Assembly (NCBI GenBank): GCA_023819145.1 | Contig: JAMWCW010000001.1 | Span: 154,474 to 218,473 of the forward strand | DNA length: 64,000 nt | From: Candidatus Omnitrophota bacterium | Lineage (GTDB): Bacteria > Omnitrophota > Gorgyraeia > DTHP01 | Direction: 5' to 3' | Part shown: positions 9,320 to 19,804 of the stretch, piece by piece | How positions within the stretch are numbered: position 1 is the first letter of the stretch | Layout: the number at the start of each line of letters is the position of its first letter | Notes under the pieces: generated by a model | Told to the model about the DNA's origin: nothing | Database searches by the model: none | Seen by the model: only the letters and a program-made list of their open reading frames with translations | Translations under genes and position numbers: made by a program

Positions 9320-11434
9320 ATGGAGCCGATACGTTTAGAGACAAAGATTAATGGCAATCCGTTAATTATTGAAACCGGGAAACTTGCAAAACAAGCAGAT
9401 GGAGCAGTTACAGTGCAGTACGGCGAGACTGTAGTTTTGGTTACGGCAGTTATGTCGCGAGAGATTAAAGAGGGAGCAGATTTTCTTCCCCTTACCGTAG
9501 AGTATCAGGAAAAAACATACGCTGCGGGAAAAATTCCCGGAGGATTTTTTAAACGCGAAGGCAGACCGTCCGAGAAAGAAATCCTTACTTCCCGCCTTAT
9601 TGACCGTCCTATAAGACCTCTTTTTCCCGATGGCCTACGCAATGAAATACAAATTATGGCGATGGTTCTATCAAGCGACATTAGTAACGACCCGGATATT
9701 TTAGGCATTATTGGTGCCTCTTCTGCTTTACATATCTCTGATATCCCTTTCTTGGGGCCAGCGGGAGCAGTGCGTGTTGGGCGTTTAAATAACGAGTTTA
9801 TTATTAATCCCACGTATAGTGAGTTAGAAAATTCTGATTTAGACCTCGTGGTGGCAGGGACCAAAGAGGGAGTGGTGATGTTAGAAGGCACTGCGCGGGA
9901 ATTGCCAGAAGAATTAGTTCAAGAAGCAATCAATTTTGCTCTCCCAGAGATAATGAAAATAATTGACTTACAAGATAAACTGAGAGATTTATGCGGAAGA
10001 CAAAAGAGAACTTTGGAGCTGGATAAGATTGACTCTTCTTTGCTGGAAATGGTAAGAGAAAATAGTATTGAGAATTTACGCGAGATTAATATGCTTTCTG
10101 ACCGAGAAAAACGTATTGAAGCCATTGATTCGCTGGTTAAAGAGATAACTGTTACGCTTTCTAAAATAAACCCCGAATACGATGAAATAAAGGTTAGAAG
10201 CGCGTTGGATAAGATAGAAAAAGAAGAAGTTCGCAAAATTATTATTAAAACCAAAAAACGGATTGATGGGAGAGAGTTAACCGATATACGTCCTGTAAAA
10301 TGTGAAGTAGGGGTTCTTCCGCGTACCCATGGTTCCAGCCTTTTTACGCGTGGACAGACTCAAAGTTTAGCAGTTACTACTTTGGGTACAAGCACGGATG
10401 AACAGATGATTGATGCTTTAGAAGGAGAGACCTTTAAGAAATTTATGCTTCATTATAATTTCCCTCCTTTTAGTGTAGGAGAGGTAAGACCAGTAAGGGG
10501 CCCGGGAAGAAGAGAAATTGGACACGGTGCCTTGGCGGAGAGGGCGCTTCTTCCGGTTATGCCCAAAGAGGAGGAATTTCCTTATACTGTACGGGTGGTT
10601 TCGGATATTTTGGAGTCAAATGGTTCTTCAAGTATGGCTACTGTTTGTGGAGCAAGTCTTTCTCTAATGGATGCGGGTGTTCCCATAAAGAAAGCAGTAA
10701 GTGGAATTGCGATGGGTTTAGTAAAGGAAGCTACCGAGGAGATTGTGCTTACCGATATTGCGGGGCTTGAAGACCACTATGGGGATATGGATTTTAAAAT
10801 AGCAGGCACAGAAGACGGAATAACCGCCATTCAGATGGACTTAAAGATAAATGGTATTGGCGTGGGGTTGATTAGTAAGATATTGTTCCAGGCAAAGCCT
10901 GCCCGAATTTTTGTCTTGGGGAAGATGAAAGAGGTGATAGGTAAGCCACGGGAGAAGATATCCAGTTATGCTCCTAAGATTACTACTTTAAAGTTCCCTC
11001 CTGATAAAATTGCGCTTATCATTGGTCCGGGTGGAAGAAATATAAGAAAGATTATAGATGAAACAGGGGTGAGCATTGACATAGATGATTACGGCGTGGT
11101 TTCAGTTTCAAGTATTGACGAGAATAATCTTAACCGGGCAATTGAAATGATTAATTTTCTTACTCAGGAATTAAAGGTGGGAGAAATTTATAAAGGTAAG
11201 ATTACTCGTGTAACAAATTTTGGGGCTTTCTGCGAACTTGCTCCCGGTAAAGAAGGATTAATTCATATTTCAGAATTGTCCAATAAGTTTGTAAAAGATG
11301 TAACCGACATCGTAAAGGCAGGAGAAGATGTAAGAGTAAAGGTTATTGGGATAGACGAACAGGGCAGAATAAGTCTGAGTATTAAGCAGGCAAGTCCTTT
11401 GGATAAAAAAGAAAGCCCTAAAGAAAAAAGCTGA
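9320..11434 (+). CDS. pnp: Polynucleotide phosphorylase
   Basis: IPGGFFKREGRP, FTRGQTQ, RREIGHG, ESNGSSSMA, KH and S1 domains. Confidence 0.98.
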   Translation: MEPIRLETKINGNPLIIETGKLAKQADGAVTVQYGETVVLVTAVMSREIKEGADFLPLTVEYQEKTYAAGKIPGGFFKREGRPSEKEILTSRLIDRPIRPLFPDGLRNEIQIMAMVLSSDISNDPDILGIIGASSALHISDIPFLGPAGAVRVGRLNNEFIINPTYSELENSDLDLVVAGTKEGVVMLEGTARELPEELVQEAINFALPEIMKIIDLQDKLRDLCGRQKRTLELDKIDSSLLEMVRENSIENLREINMLSDREKRIEAIDSLVKEITVTLSKINPEYDEIKVRSALDKIEKEEVRKIIIKTKKRIDGRELTDIRPVKCEVGVLPRTHGSSLFTRGQTQSLAVTTLGTSTDEQMIDALEGETFKKFMLHYNFPPFSVGEVRPVRGPGRREIGHGALAERALLPVMPKEEEFPYTVRVVSDILESNGSSSMATVCGASLSLMDAGVPIKKAVSGIAMGLVKEATEEIVLTDIAGLEDHYGDMDFKIAGTEDGITAIQMDLKINGIGVGLISKILFQAKPARIFVLGKMKEVIGKPREKISSYAPKITTLKFPPDKIALIIGPGGRNIRKIIDETGVSIDIDDYGVVSVSSIDENNLNRAIEMINFLTQELKVGEIYKGKITRVTNFGAFCELAPGKEGLIHISELSNKFVKDVTDIVKAGEDVRVKVIGIDEQGRISLSIKQASPLDKKESPKEKS

Positions 11435-11436
11435 TT

Positions 11437-13704
11437 ATGCAGAGAGAGAAATGGGAAGAGATTTTAGGAGTTATATTTCTGGCTATCGGTATTATCATTC
11501 TTTTTAGTTTCATTTCTTACACTACTGATGATTTATCTTTTTACACCTCCTCACCCAATATACCCCCGCGTAATTTTATACGTATTTTTGGTGCGATTTT
11601 TTCAGGAATAGTTTTCTTTCTCTTCGGTTATGCAGGATATTTTATTCCGCTTTTCTTTATCGCTTGGGCGGTAAAAAAGTTCTTGCATCTTTCTCCCGAA
11701 AGAATAAAATTAAAAATTTTTAGTTTAATTATTTCAGGACTGGTTTTGTCAGGAATTTTTTCAATGATGGGGCTGGAGAAAACAGCCAAATTCAAAATGG
11801 GGGGATTTATTGGACACCATATCTCTCTTTTTCTCTTAAATTATTTTGGTAGATTAGGGGCATGGATAATTTTAATGACTTTGGGACTACTCTCTATCAT
11901 ATTGGTTACGGACATTCTCCTCACCCCCTACATTGCCGGTTTTAGAGAGTGGTTTGTGGAGAGTATAGGTTTTTTTAAAAAATCAAGTTTTAAAATACTG
12001 CGTAGAGAGAAGAAAATAGATAAAGGAATAAAGGGATATGGAAGAGAAAAAGAAGAATCAATTTCTCTTGTAAATGAGAAAAAATGGGCAGAGACCTTGG
12101 ATAAGCCTCCGGAGATTAATATTACCCCCTCGGTGACGCGCCCAAGAGAGGAACCTAAGGAAGTAAAAAATATTTCTCATCAAGAAAAGTATTTAAAAGA
12201 AGAGAGAAGTTCCCAGTTTGTTCTTCCTTCCTTTGACCTTCTGGAATCTCCTCCTCCCATTGAAGAGCGGGAGATCAAAGAAGACCTTGAAGAAAATTCA
12301 CGTATCTTAGAGGAAACTTTACGTGATTTTAGTATTGAGGCAAAAGTCGTAAGAGTAGAACGTGGTCCGGTGGTTACTCTTTATGAACTTCAACCTGCTC
12401 CCGGAGTAAAGATTAATAAGATTGTTTCTCTAAGTGACGATATCGCTTTGGTGATGAAGGCTTCCAGTGTAAGGGTGGTAGCACCGCTTCCCGGAAGAGG
12501 GACAGTAGGAGTAGAAGTTCCTAATTCTCTTACTACTCTTGTATATCTAAGGGATATTCTTGAGGTTAAAGAGTTTAGGAACGCTAATTCCAAATTAGCT
12601 ATTGCTTTAGGAAAAGATATATCGGGAAATCCTTTAATAAGCAATCTCCAGGACATGCCTCATCTCCTTATTGCTGGGGCAACCGGCTCAGGAAAGACAG
12701 TTTGTGTCAATACCATTATTATGAGTATACTTTTTAGAGCCACTCCTTACGATGTCCGTTTTATTCTTATTGACCCAAAGATGGTAGAGTTGGCGATGTT
12801 TAATGGGCTACCCCACCTCCTTTCTCCCGTGGTAACCGATGCTAAAAAGACCGCCTTGGTTCTTTCCTGGTTAGTAGAAGAGATGGAGTGGAGATATCGT
12901 ATATTTGCCAGATTAGGAGTACGTAATATTGAAGGGTATAATGAAAAAATTGACCAAGGAGTAAAACTTTCTGCAGAAGATTTTGATGAAGAATTGGCTA
13001 ATGATTTTCATACGATAGATTTTGACAAACATATGCCTTATATCGTTACAGTGATTGATGAATTGGCTGACCTTATGGTCGTAGCTTCTCGGGAGATAGA
13101 AGAAGCGATTACACGCCTTGCCCATCTTTCGCGTGCTGTAGGGATACATCTTATCTTAGCCACACAGAGACCTTCGGTAGATGTAGTTACGGGAGTAATC
13201 AAGGCAAATTTTCCTGCGCGTATCTCTTTCCGCGTTGCCTCCAAAGTAGATTCGCGCACTGTTCTTGATATGAATGGTGCAGATAAACTTTTGGGTAAAG
13301 GGGATATGCTTTTTCTGAGACCGGGGACTTCTAAGCCCATCCGTGCTCAGGGGAGTTTAGTTTCCGATAGGGAAATAGAGAGGGTTGTGGAGTTTTTGAA
13401 AAAACAAGCTCCTCCTGCCTATAATGAATTTTTATTGAAGGATGCAGAAAAAAGAACATTTGGGTTAGGGAAGGACAAAGATGAGTTATATGATGAGGCG
13501 GTTAAAGTGGTATTAGAAACAGGGCAGGCTTCTGCTTCTATTCTTCAGCGCAGATTACGTCTTGGTTTTACACGTGCAGCTAGACTTATCGATATGATGG
13601 AAGAAGAAGGTATTGTCGGACCTTATAGAGGGGCAAAACCGAGGGAAATACTGGTTAATAAAGAGGAATTAACGAGAGACCCCAATATTAAAGAACAAAC
13701 ATAA
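11437..13704 (+). CDS. ftsK: DNA translocase FtsK
   Basis: N-terminal TMs, PHLLIAGATGSGKT, IDELADLM, ATQRPSVDV, gamma domain. Confidence 0.97.
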   Translation: MQREKWEEILGVIFLAIGIIILFSFISYTTDDLSFYTSSPNIPPRNFIRIFGAIFSGIVFFLFGYAGYFIPLFFIAWAVKKFLHLSPERIKLKIFSLIISGLVLSGIFSMMGLEKTAKFKMGGFIGHHISLFLLNYFGRLGAWIILMTLGLLSIILVTDILLTPYIAGFREWFVESIGFFKKSSFKILRREKKIDKGIKGYGREKEESISLVNEKKWAETLDKPPEINITPSVTRPREEPKEVKNISHQEKYLKEERSSQFVLPSFDLLESPPPIEEREIKEDLEENSRILEETLRDFSIEAKVVRVERGPVVTLYELQPAPGVKINKIVSLSDDIALVMKASSVRVVAPLPGRGTVGVEVPNSLTTLVYLRDILEVKEFRNANSKLAIALGKDISGNPLISNLQDMPHLLIAGATGSGKTVCVNTIIMSILFRATPYDVRFILIDPKMVELAMFNGLPHLLSPVVTDAKKTALVLSWLVEEMEWRYRIFARLGVRNIEGYNEKIDQGVKLSAEDFDEELANDFHTIDFDKHMPYIVTVIDELADLMVVASREIEEAITRLAHLSRAVGIHLILATQRPSVDVVTGVIKANFPARISFRVASKVDSRTVLDMNGADKLLGKGDMLFLRPGTSKPIRAQGSLVSDREIERVVEFLKKQAPPAYNEFLLKDAEKRTFGLGKDKDELYDEAVKVVLETGQASASILQRRLRLGFTRAARLIDMMEEEGIVGPYRGAKPREILVNKEELTRDPNIKEQT

Positions 13705-13729
13705 TGGTAGTAAGTTTTAGATTAGAGCG

Positions 13730-14440
13730 ATGATAAACATTGGTGAAACATTAAGAAAGAAACGTGAAAGCAAGAAATTAACCTTGGAATCTGTCTATCA
13801 GGCTACGCGTATTCCTCCCCATATTCTTTCTCATTTAGAAAAAGAAGAGTTTGATAAATTAGCAGGTGTTTTGTATGTAAAAGGTTTTTTAAAAAAATAT
13901 GCCGAATTTTTAGGTCTGAATAGTAGCGAAATAGTTAATACCTATCTTTCTTCTCTTTCTCAAACCGAACCTCCTTCTGTTACCCCCGTTGCTTCTTCTA
14001 AAGAGGTGTTTTCCATATTCAAGAATAAGGGAATTATCAGAAAAATAATTGTAGGCCTCGTTCTAGTTATTGCAGTGTTTCTTCTTTTTAAAACTATCAG
14101 TTTTTCTAAGAAAATATCGGCGATGAGAAAAGAAAAAAAGATTTCTCTGAAGGAGAAACCCGCTGAGAGTCTTTTTATCCCCAAGAAGGAGGCGTTAATC
14201 TTAAAGATTAAAGCCAAGAAGGATACATGGATACAGCTCAAGGCAGATGGGAAGATTGTTTTTCAGCACATCTTGAAAACAGGTACTGAAGACTCCTGGA
14301 ATGCGAAAGAAAATTTTGAACTCTGGGTAGGTGAAGCGAAAAATCTTACTCTTTTCCTTAATGAGAAGCCTTTGGAGATTAAAGGTGAAGGGGTGCAAAA
14401 GGGCATTCTCATTGACCATGCAGGGCTACATAGAGAATAG
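13730..14440 (+). CDS. rodZ: RodZ-family HTH/TM/DUF4115 protein
   Basis: IGETLRKKRE HTH, YVKGFLKKYAEFLGL, one TM; ftsK-rodZ-rimO-pgsA synteny. Confidence 0.85.
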   Translation: MINIGETLRKKRESKKLTLESVYQATRIPPHILSHLEKEEFDKLAGVLYVKGFLKKYAEFLGLNSSEIVNTYLSSLSQTEPPSVTPVASSKEVFSIFKNKGIIRKIIVGLVLVIAVFLLFKTISFSKKISAMRKEKKISLKEKPAESLFIPKKEALILKIKAKKDTWIQLKADGKIVFQHILKTGTEDSWNAKENFELWVGEAKNLTLFLNEKPLEIKGEGVQKGILIDHAGLHRE

Positions 14441-14458
14441 TTTCCCTCCTTTGTTAAC

Positions 14459-15805
14459 ATGAAAAAACTCAAAGTATATCTTTTAAGTTTAGGTTGCGCT
14501 AGAAATCTTATCGACTCAGAAATTATCTTGGGTATTTTAAACGATAAAGGTTTTAGAATAGTTAACCAGCCTAAAGACGTAGATTTAGCAATTGTCAATT
14601 CCTGTGCTTTTATAAAAGAGGCTAAGGAAGAGTCGATTGAAACAATTCTGGAATTTATTGAACTTAAGAAGGAAGGAGTTATCCAAAGATTATGGGTTAT
14701 TGGTTGTCTTTACCAGCGCTATGATGAGGAGTTAAAGAAAGAGTTACCTGAAGTGGACGGTTTTTTAGGAGTAGAAGCGTGGAAACATAACTTAGAGGAG
14801 ATGATAGAAAATTTAGTAAACCCCAGTTCACAAAGAGTTAAGTTTAAGATTCCTCGAATGAAGAGTAAACGAGGATTTAGGTCTTTGAGGTTTAGGCTTA
14901 CCCCTTCCCACTATGCTTACATAAAATTAAGCGAAGGTTGTGATAACTTTTGTAGTTATTGTATCATTCCTAAAATCAGAGGCTCCTTGCGTTCCCGTCC
15001 GCTGGAGGAGATTATTAAAGAAGTAAAGAGTTTGGCGAGAGGGCATTTATTGAAGGAAATAAATCTGGTGGCTCAAGATACCACTCTTTACGGTAAGGAC
15101 CTTTATGGAACGCCTACACTTCTTGCCTTGCTAAAGGAACTGGTAAAGATAAAATCTATCTCTTGGATAAGGATACTCTATATGCATCCTGCCCACATAA
15201 CTGATGAATTGATTGAGTTTATTGCAGAGAATGAAAAAATATGTCGCTATATAGATATGCCTATTCAACACATCTCTAATAGAATATTGGCAAGGATGGG
15301 AAGAAAGATTTCAAAAGCGCAAATTTATCAACTTATAGATCGTCTGAGAAGAAAGATTAAGAATGTTGCTTTGAGGACTTCCATTATAGTTGGATTCCCT
15401 GGAGAAAAAGAAGCAGATTTTCAGGAATTAGTTAAATTTGTTCAAGAGGTTAAATTTGAACATTTGGGTGTTTTTGTTTATTCCAAAGAAGAAGACACTC
15501 ACGCCTATAATTTTCCAGAGCAGGTTCATGAGAAAATAAAAAGGGAGCGTTATAACTATCTTTTAGAAATACAGAAAGAAATTTCTTTAGAGATTCTCAA
15601 GGGTTATATAGGGAAAAGCATAAAGGTGCTTATCGATGAGAAGCTTCCCGAGGATAGTTTTACCTTCTTAGGAAGGACTGAATATGATGCTCCCGAAGTA
15701 GATGGGGGTGTAATTATTAGGGATAAGAGTTTGAAGCCGGGAGAATTTATAAAAGCAAAGGTCATTGATACCTGGGAATATGATTTACTGGCACAGAAAA
15801 TATAG
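14459..15805 (+). CDS. rimO: Ribosomal protein S12 methylthiotransferase
   Basis: SLGCARNLIDSE, NSCAFI, CDNFCSYC, DAPEVDG, YDL. Confidence 0.95.
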   Translation: MKKLKVYLLSLGCARNLIDSEIILGILNDKGFRIVNQPKDVDLAIVNSCAFIKEAKEESIETILEFIELKKEGVIQRLWVIGCLYQRYDEELKKELPEVDGFLGVEAWKHNLEEMIENLVNPSSQRVKFKIPRMKSKRGFRSLRFRLTPSHYAYIKLSEGCDNFCSYCIIPKIRGSLRSRPLEEIIKEVKSLARGHLLKEINLVAQDTTLYGKDLYGTPTLLALLKELVKIKSISWIRILYMHPAHITDELIEFIAENEKICRYIDMPIQHISNRILARMGRKISKAQIYQLIDRLRRKIKNVALRTSIIVGFPGEKEADFQELVKFVQEVKFEHLGVFVYSKEEDTHAYNFPEQVHEKIKRERYNYLLEIQKEISLEILKGYIGKSIKVLIDEKLPEDSFTFLGRTEYDAPEVDGGVIIRDKSLKPGEFIKAKVIDTWEYDLLAQKI

Positions 15806-15856
15806 ATTTCTGTTTGTGAAAATCGTTTATACATAAAGGAATTTTTTGTTTTCAAG

Positions 15857-16447
15857 ATGAATCTACCCAATATTCTTACCATTCTGCGGGTTTTACTTAC
15901 TTTCATTTTTATGTATTTTCTTTTCTTGCCGGGAATCTTTGCCAAATTGATGGCGATCTTTATCTTTTTTCTAGCAAGTCTTACAGATTATTGGGATGGG
16001 TATTTAGCGCGGAAGAATAATTTAGTTACAAACTTTGGTAAACTTATGGACCCCGTAGCAGATAAAATTCTTGTTTTGGCGGCATTTATTGCTTTTGTAG
16101 AGATGGGGTTAATGTTCTCCTGGATGGCAATGATTATTGTGGGAAGGGAATTATTGGTTACAGGAATCAGAATCTTGGTGATGATGAATGGGACAGTAAT
16201 TCCTGCAATGCGCGCCGGTAAGCATAAGGCGGTATCTCAGTTCTTTACAATCATTACCGTCCTCTTATTTCTCTTTGTTCGTGAATTGTTGATAGGCAAG
16301 AACTTATGGAACAGTTTCTGGGAGGGTGCTTTTAACCATACGGTTTTTTGGTTATTTTTCTTTGTTACCTTTGTGACTTTGCTTTCCGGGATAAGCTTTC
16401 TTTATCATCACCGTTTTTATCTATCCCGGATAATTAATAAAGAATAA
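15857..16447 (+). CDS. pgsA: CDP-diacylglycerol--glycerol-3-phosphate 3-phosphatidyltransferase
   Basis: NLPNILT, TDYWDGYLAR, FGKLMDPVADK. Confidence 0.95.
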   Translation: MNLPNILTILRVLLTFIFMYFLFLPGIFAKLMAIFIFFLASLTDYWDGYLARKNNLVTNFGKLMDPVADKILVLAAFIAFVEMGLMFSWMAMIIVGRELLVTGIRILVMMNGTVIPAMRAGKHKAVSQFFTIITVLLFLFVRELLIGKNLWNSFWEGAFNHTVFWLFFFVTFVTLLSGISFLYHHRFYLSRIINKE

Positions 16448-16495
16448 TGTTCAGAAAATAGATTAAATTTACAATTTTTTCATACTTTTTAAAAC

Positions 16496-16526
16496 TTGAC
16501 GATTTGGTGGTGTTGTGTTATATATT
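16496..16526 (+). promoter_or_regulatory. Putative sigma70 promoter of the CHASE2-PP2C gene pair
   Basis: TTGACG-17nt-TATATA with an extended -10 TG. Confidence 0.45.
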
Positions 16527-16551
16527 TAATAAGTAAAAGAGAGGAGTTCTG

Positions 16552-18390
16552 GTGATGGCCAAAGTTATGAGAAAATCACAGAAAATTTGCATAAGAATTT
16601 TAAGCTTGGGATTCTTTATTTTAATATTTTCTTCTTTATTAGGTTGGCATGACTCAATAGAGTTAAAAATCTATGATTTCTTTCTAAAGTTTAGGCCTAA
16701 AGGAAATTCTTCTAATTCCCTCATTATTTTAGAGGTAGAGGAAGAGGTAAGAGAAGATGGACTCTGGCCATGGAAAAAGGAGTGGCTACCTTATTTGGTA
16801 AATTACTTGAGCGGTTTGGGAGTAAAAGCAATACTTGTGGATTCATCATTGAAGAAATATATAGATTTTGAGCATCCTTTTTTGAAATCTCCCCCCACCA
16901 AAACTCAAATATTTTATCCGCAAGAAAATTCTTTGGATTTTGAAGACAGAGATTTAATTCTTGACCAGGATGGAAAAATACGTAGATATCGATTGTTTTT
17001 AGAAGGGAAAAAATCTTTAGTCCTTCAAACTTACCTATCCTATATGGAAGAGGACTTAAGCTTTCCTTTCCATAAAGAGTTTTTGATAAACTACGATAAA
17101 AATAAATATTCAGGGGTTGAGAGGTATACATATTTTAATTTAGTAATCTCTATTTTCTTATCTTCCCGACAAGAATCTCCTAAAATAGATTTCTCTCGTT
17201 TTAAGGACAAAATTTGTATAATTGGTATGGCTCCGGTGGTAGTAAACAAATCTTATCCTACACCTTTTAATTTAACTTCTCCCTTAGAGATTCGTCTGCA
17301 GGTTCTTGATAGTCTTCTAAGAAGCAAATTCTTACACCGGGCTAATAGATGGGGAAATACCGGAATTCTTTTGCTTTTATCTTTATTAAGTACTGTGGTG
17401 TTTCTAAAAGTAAGGCGTTCCCGAAGATTTCTTTTTGTCTTTCTTTTTATTCTTTCTTATTTAGCGATTTCTTTTATAGTATTTTATCTTTTGGGATTTT
17501 GGATGGATAATTTTCTTCCCGCTTTTTCTTCTTTTTATATTTTCCTGGCTATCACTATTTATCGCTATAGTGCCGAAATAATGCTTAAAAAAGAGGAAAA
17601 GAAAAAAGAACTGGCTTGGAAATTGAAGCAAGAAACATTTATTAACAACAATTTAGTAACCAAGGACGTAGAAATAGTTATTAAGACATCCTTTAGTCAT
17701 GAGGCAGAAGGAGATTTTTTTGATATTATTAAACTTGAGGATAATCAGATTGGGGTTTTGTTAGGCAGGGCATCGGGTAAAGGATTGGAGACAGTTAACT
17801 ACATTACGAAATTAGTAAATGAGTTTCGTCTCCAGGCTCCTTTATGTAAAAGGCCACGCATATTATTCAATGCGGTAAATAATATTCTTTTTGCGGAAGG
17901 AACAAAAGGAATGTATGCTACTTGTTTATATCTTTTAGTTGATATGGAAAAAAGGATTTTAAGTTTTGCTAATGCAGGACATGAACCTTTAATTATGGCT
18001 TCCGAAGGCAAACAGGAGATAAATCTATATGAAGCTTTAGATTCTACTCCTTTAGGTATTGCTAAGAATGTAGGATTTTTTGACCAGGAAGTGGGATTGA
18101 ATAAAGGTGATTTAGTTGTTGGTTTTACCGCGGGCGTTGTAGAGATAAGAAACAGAGAGGGTAAAGAGTTTGGTATAAACAATTTGAAGGATATCATTAA
18201 CCAGTATCGGACTTGGAATGTGGCAAAGTTGGGAAATAAAGTTTTTGAGAAGATTCATCGTTTCAGTCAAAGCCAAGGTGCTCATAGTGAATTTAGTCTT
18301 TTGCTCCTAAAGGTTAAGGAAGAAGTAGTTAAAGAAAAGGAAACGGTCCATGAAAGAAGAAAAACGCTTGTTCAACAGATGGTTAAATAA
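16552..18390 (+). CDS. CHASE2 + 3TM + SpoIIE/PP2C-like protein with degenerate catalytic site
   Basis: ELKIYD, GLWPW, DQDGKIRR, FKDKICIIG (CHASE2); GDFFD, FANAGHEP, PLGI (SpoIIE); metal-binding Asp residues replaced; start could be the ATG at 16555. Confidence 0.8.
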   Translation: MMAKVMRKSQKICIRILSLGFFILIFSSLLGWHDSIELKIYDFFLKFRPKGNSSNSLIILEVEEEVREDGLWPWKKEWLPYLVNYLSGLGVKAILVDSSLKKYIDFEHPFLKSPPTKTQIFYPQENSLDFEDRDLILDQDGKIRRYRLFLEGKKSLVLQTYLSYMEEDLSFPFHKEFLINYDKNKYSGVERYTYFNLVISIFLSSRQESPKIDFSRFKDKICIIGMAPVVVNKSYPTPFNLTSPLEIRLQVLDSLLRSKFLHRANRWGNTGILLLLSLLSTVVFLKVRRSRRFLFVFLFILSYLAISFIVFYLLGFWMDNFLPAFSSFYIFLAITIYRYSAEIMLKKEEKKKELAWKLKQETFINNNLVTKDVEIVIKTSFSHEAEGDFFDIIKLEDNQIGVLLGRASGKGLETVNYITKLVNEFRLQAPLCKRPRILFNAVNNILFAEGTKGMYATCLYLLVDMEKRILSFANAGHEPLIMASEGKQEINLYEALDSTPLGIAKNVGFFDQEVGLNKGDLVVGFTAGVVEIRNREGKEFGINNLKDIINQYRTWNVAKLGNKVFEKIHRFSQSQGAHSEFSLLLLKVKEEVVKEKETVHERRKTLVQQMVK

Positions 18391-19159
18391 TAAAAATGGC
18401 TTTCGTATTGACAGTGGTAATAAAGAAAGAATTAGCCAACTGTTGATAGAAGGCATTGCTAATCTGGAGAGGGGATTGCGCGTTTTAGACCGTAATCTCA
18501 TCCTTACCAAGAGACCTTTAGATATTCTTGCGGTAGACCTCTTAGGAGAATTGGTGATAATAGAATTGGAAGTAGGGGATGATGAAACGGTAATTCTTCG
18601 TGCCCTAGAACACTTTGACTGGATTCTTAATAATATAAATTCTATAGTCCAGAAATACAATAAAGATAAAATTGATATAACTCTTGCACCCAGAATAATA
18701 ATTGTAGGAGGTAATTTTGGCGAGGATTTTATCCGGAAACTCAGCTATGTCAACACTACAAAGATTGAACTCTATGAGTATGAACTTAAGAATGAAGATG
18801 GTATTTCCCACCTTATTCTAAGACCATATGCTTTGTCTGTTTCCGTACAGAAGAATATCGAAATAAGTAAACCACGGTTTGAAGATTTAATTAATTCCAT
18901 TAAAATTTTATCCTTAAGGCAATTGTGCCATAGAATTATTAGGGAATTGCGAAACATAAATATAGATGCTACTGTAGATACATCACGGGGATTTATAGAA
19001 ATGCAAGAAAAAGGAAAGATTTTGCTCCGTGTCTATCCTCAGACCGATTTCTTCTGGGTAAGTTTTTCTTCCCATGGTAGATGGCAAGGGATTAAAGTTG
19101 ATGAGGTCAAGAAAGGTGAAGAGATTATTCGGAGATTAAGAGAAGGGGAATTCAACTAA
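18350..19159 (+). CDS. PD-(D/E)xK (NucS/EndoMS C-terminal-like) fold protein, degenerate
   Basis: LERGLRVLDR, LDILAVD..GELVIIELE. Confidence 0.6.
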   Translation: MKEEKRLFNRWLNNKNGFRIDSGNKERISQLLIEGIANLERGLRVLDRNLILTKRPLDILAVDLLGELVIIELEVGDDETVILRALEHFDWILNNINSIVQKYNKDKIDITLAPRIIIVGGNFGEDFIRKLSYVNTTKIELYEYELKNEDGISHLILRPYALSVSVQKNIEISKPRFEDLINSIKILSLRQLCHRIIRELRNINIDATVDTSRGFIEMQEKGKILLRVYPQTDFFWVSFSSHGRWQGIKVDEVKKGEEIIRRLREGEFN

Positions 19160-19702
19160 TTTGGTATAGATAGGGCCCAAAGAGGTAAGCTCACTTTTAA
19201 AAAGAAATATTTTATCGACAATAAGGTTATTTTCTGTCCGAAAATTAATTCTCTCCTCAAAAATCTTTTTTAATTTATCTTTATTTTTAAAAGACCTTAA
19301 TCTCCCTAAGGTAAGATGGCAGGAATATGGTTTTTTTTCTTTCGGAAAACCTCTTTGTACTAAACATTTTTCTATCTTTTCAGCCAAGAGAGTTAAGTTT
19401 TCCTTGCCCTTTTCTATCCCTACCCAGATAACACGGGGAAAGTCCAATTTTGGAAAAGCGCCGAGTCTAAAAAAATTTATTTCAAAAGGATTTGTGTCCT
19501 GGATGTTTTTCTCGAGAACCTCTTTTATCTCTCTAAGCTCCTTTTCTTCGGTGTTTCCTAAAAATTTTAGCGTAAGATGCATGTTCTTGGGGTCAACCCA
19601 CTTTACATCTGCGTCAGATTTTTTCAACTCATTTTGCAATTGAGAAAATTCTTTGCGTAAAGGTTCAGGGATTTCTATGGCGATAAAGGTTCGTATACCC
19701 AT
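19136..19702 (-). CDS. thpR: RNA 2',3'-cyclic phosphodiesterase
   Basis: RTFIAI, two HLTL motifs, SELTSLGPIY. Confidence 0.95.
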   Translation of the reverse strand: MGIRTFIAIEIPEPLRKEFSQLQNELKKSDADVKWVDPKNMHLTLKFLGNTEEKELREIKEVLEKNIQDTNPFEINFFRLGAFPKLDFPRVIWVGIEKGKENLTLLAEKIEKCLVQRGFPKEKKPYSCHLTLGRLRSFKNKDKLKKIFEERINFRTENNLIVDKIFLFKSELTSLGPIYTKLVEFPFS

Positions 19703-19804
19703 TTTTAAAAATAGTAAATGTCAAATATTCATGATAAAAAACTTGGGGGTTAGGTAGATATTTTCATTGTTAACGGTTACCATAAGATTAATCAATGAGC
19801 AATA

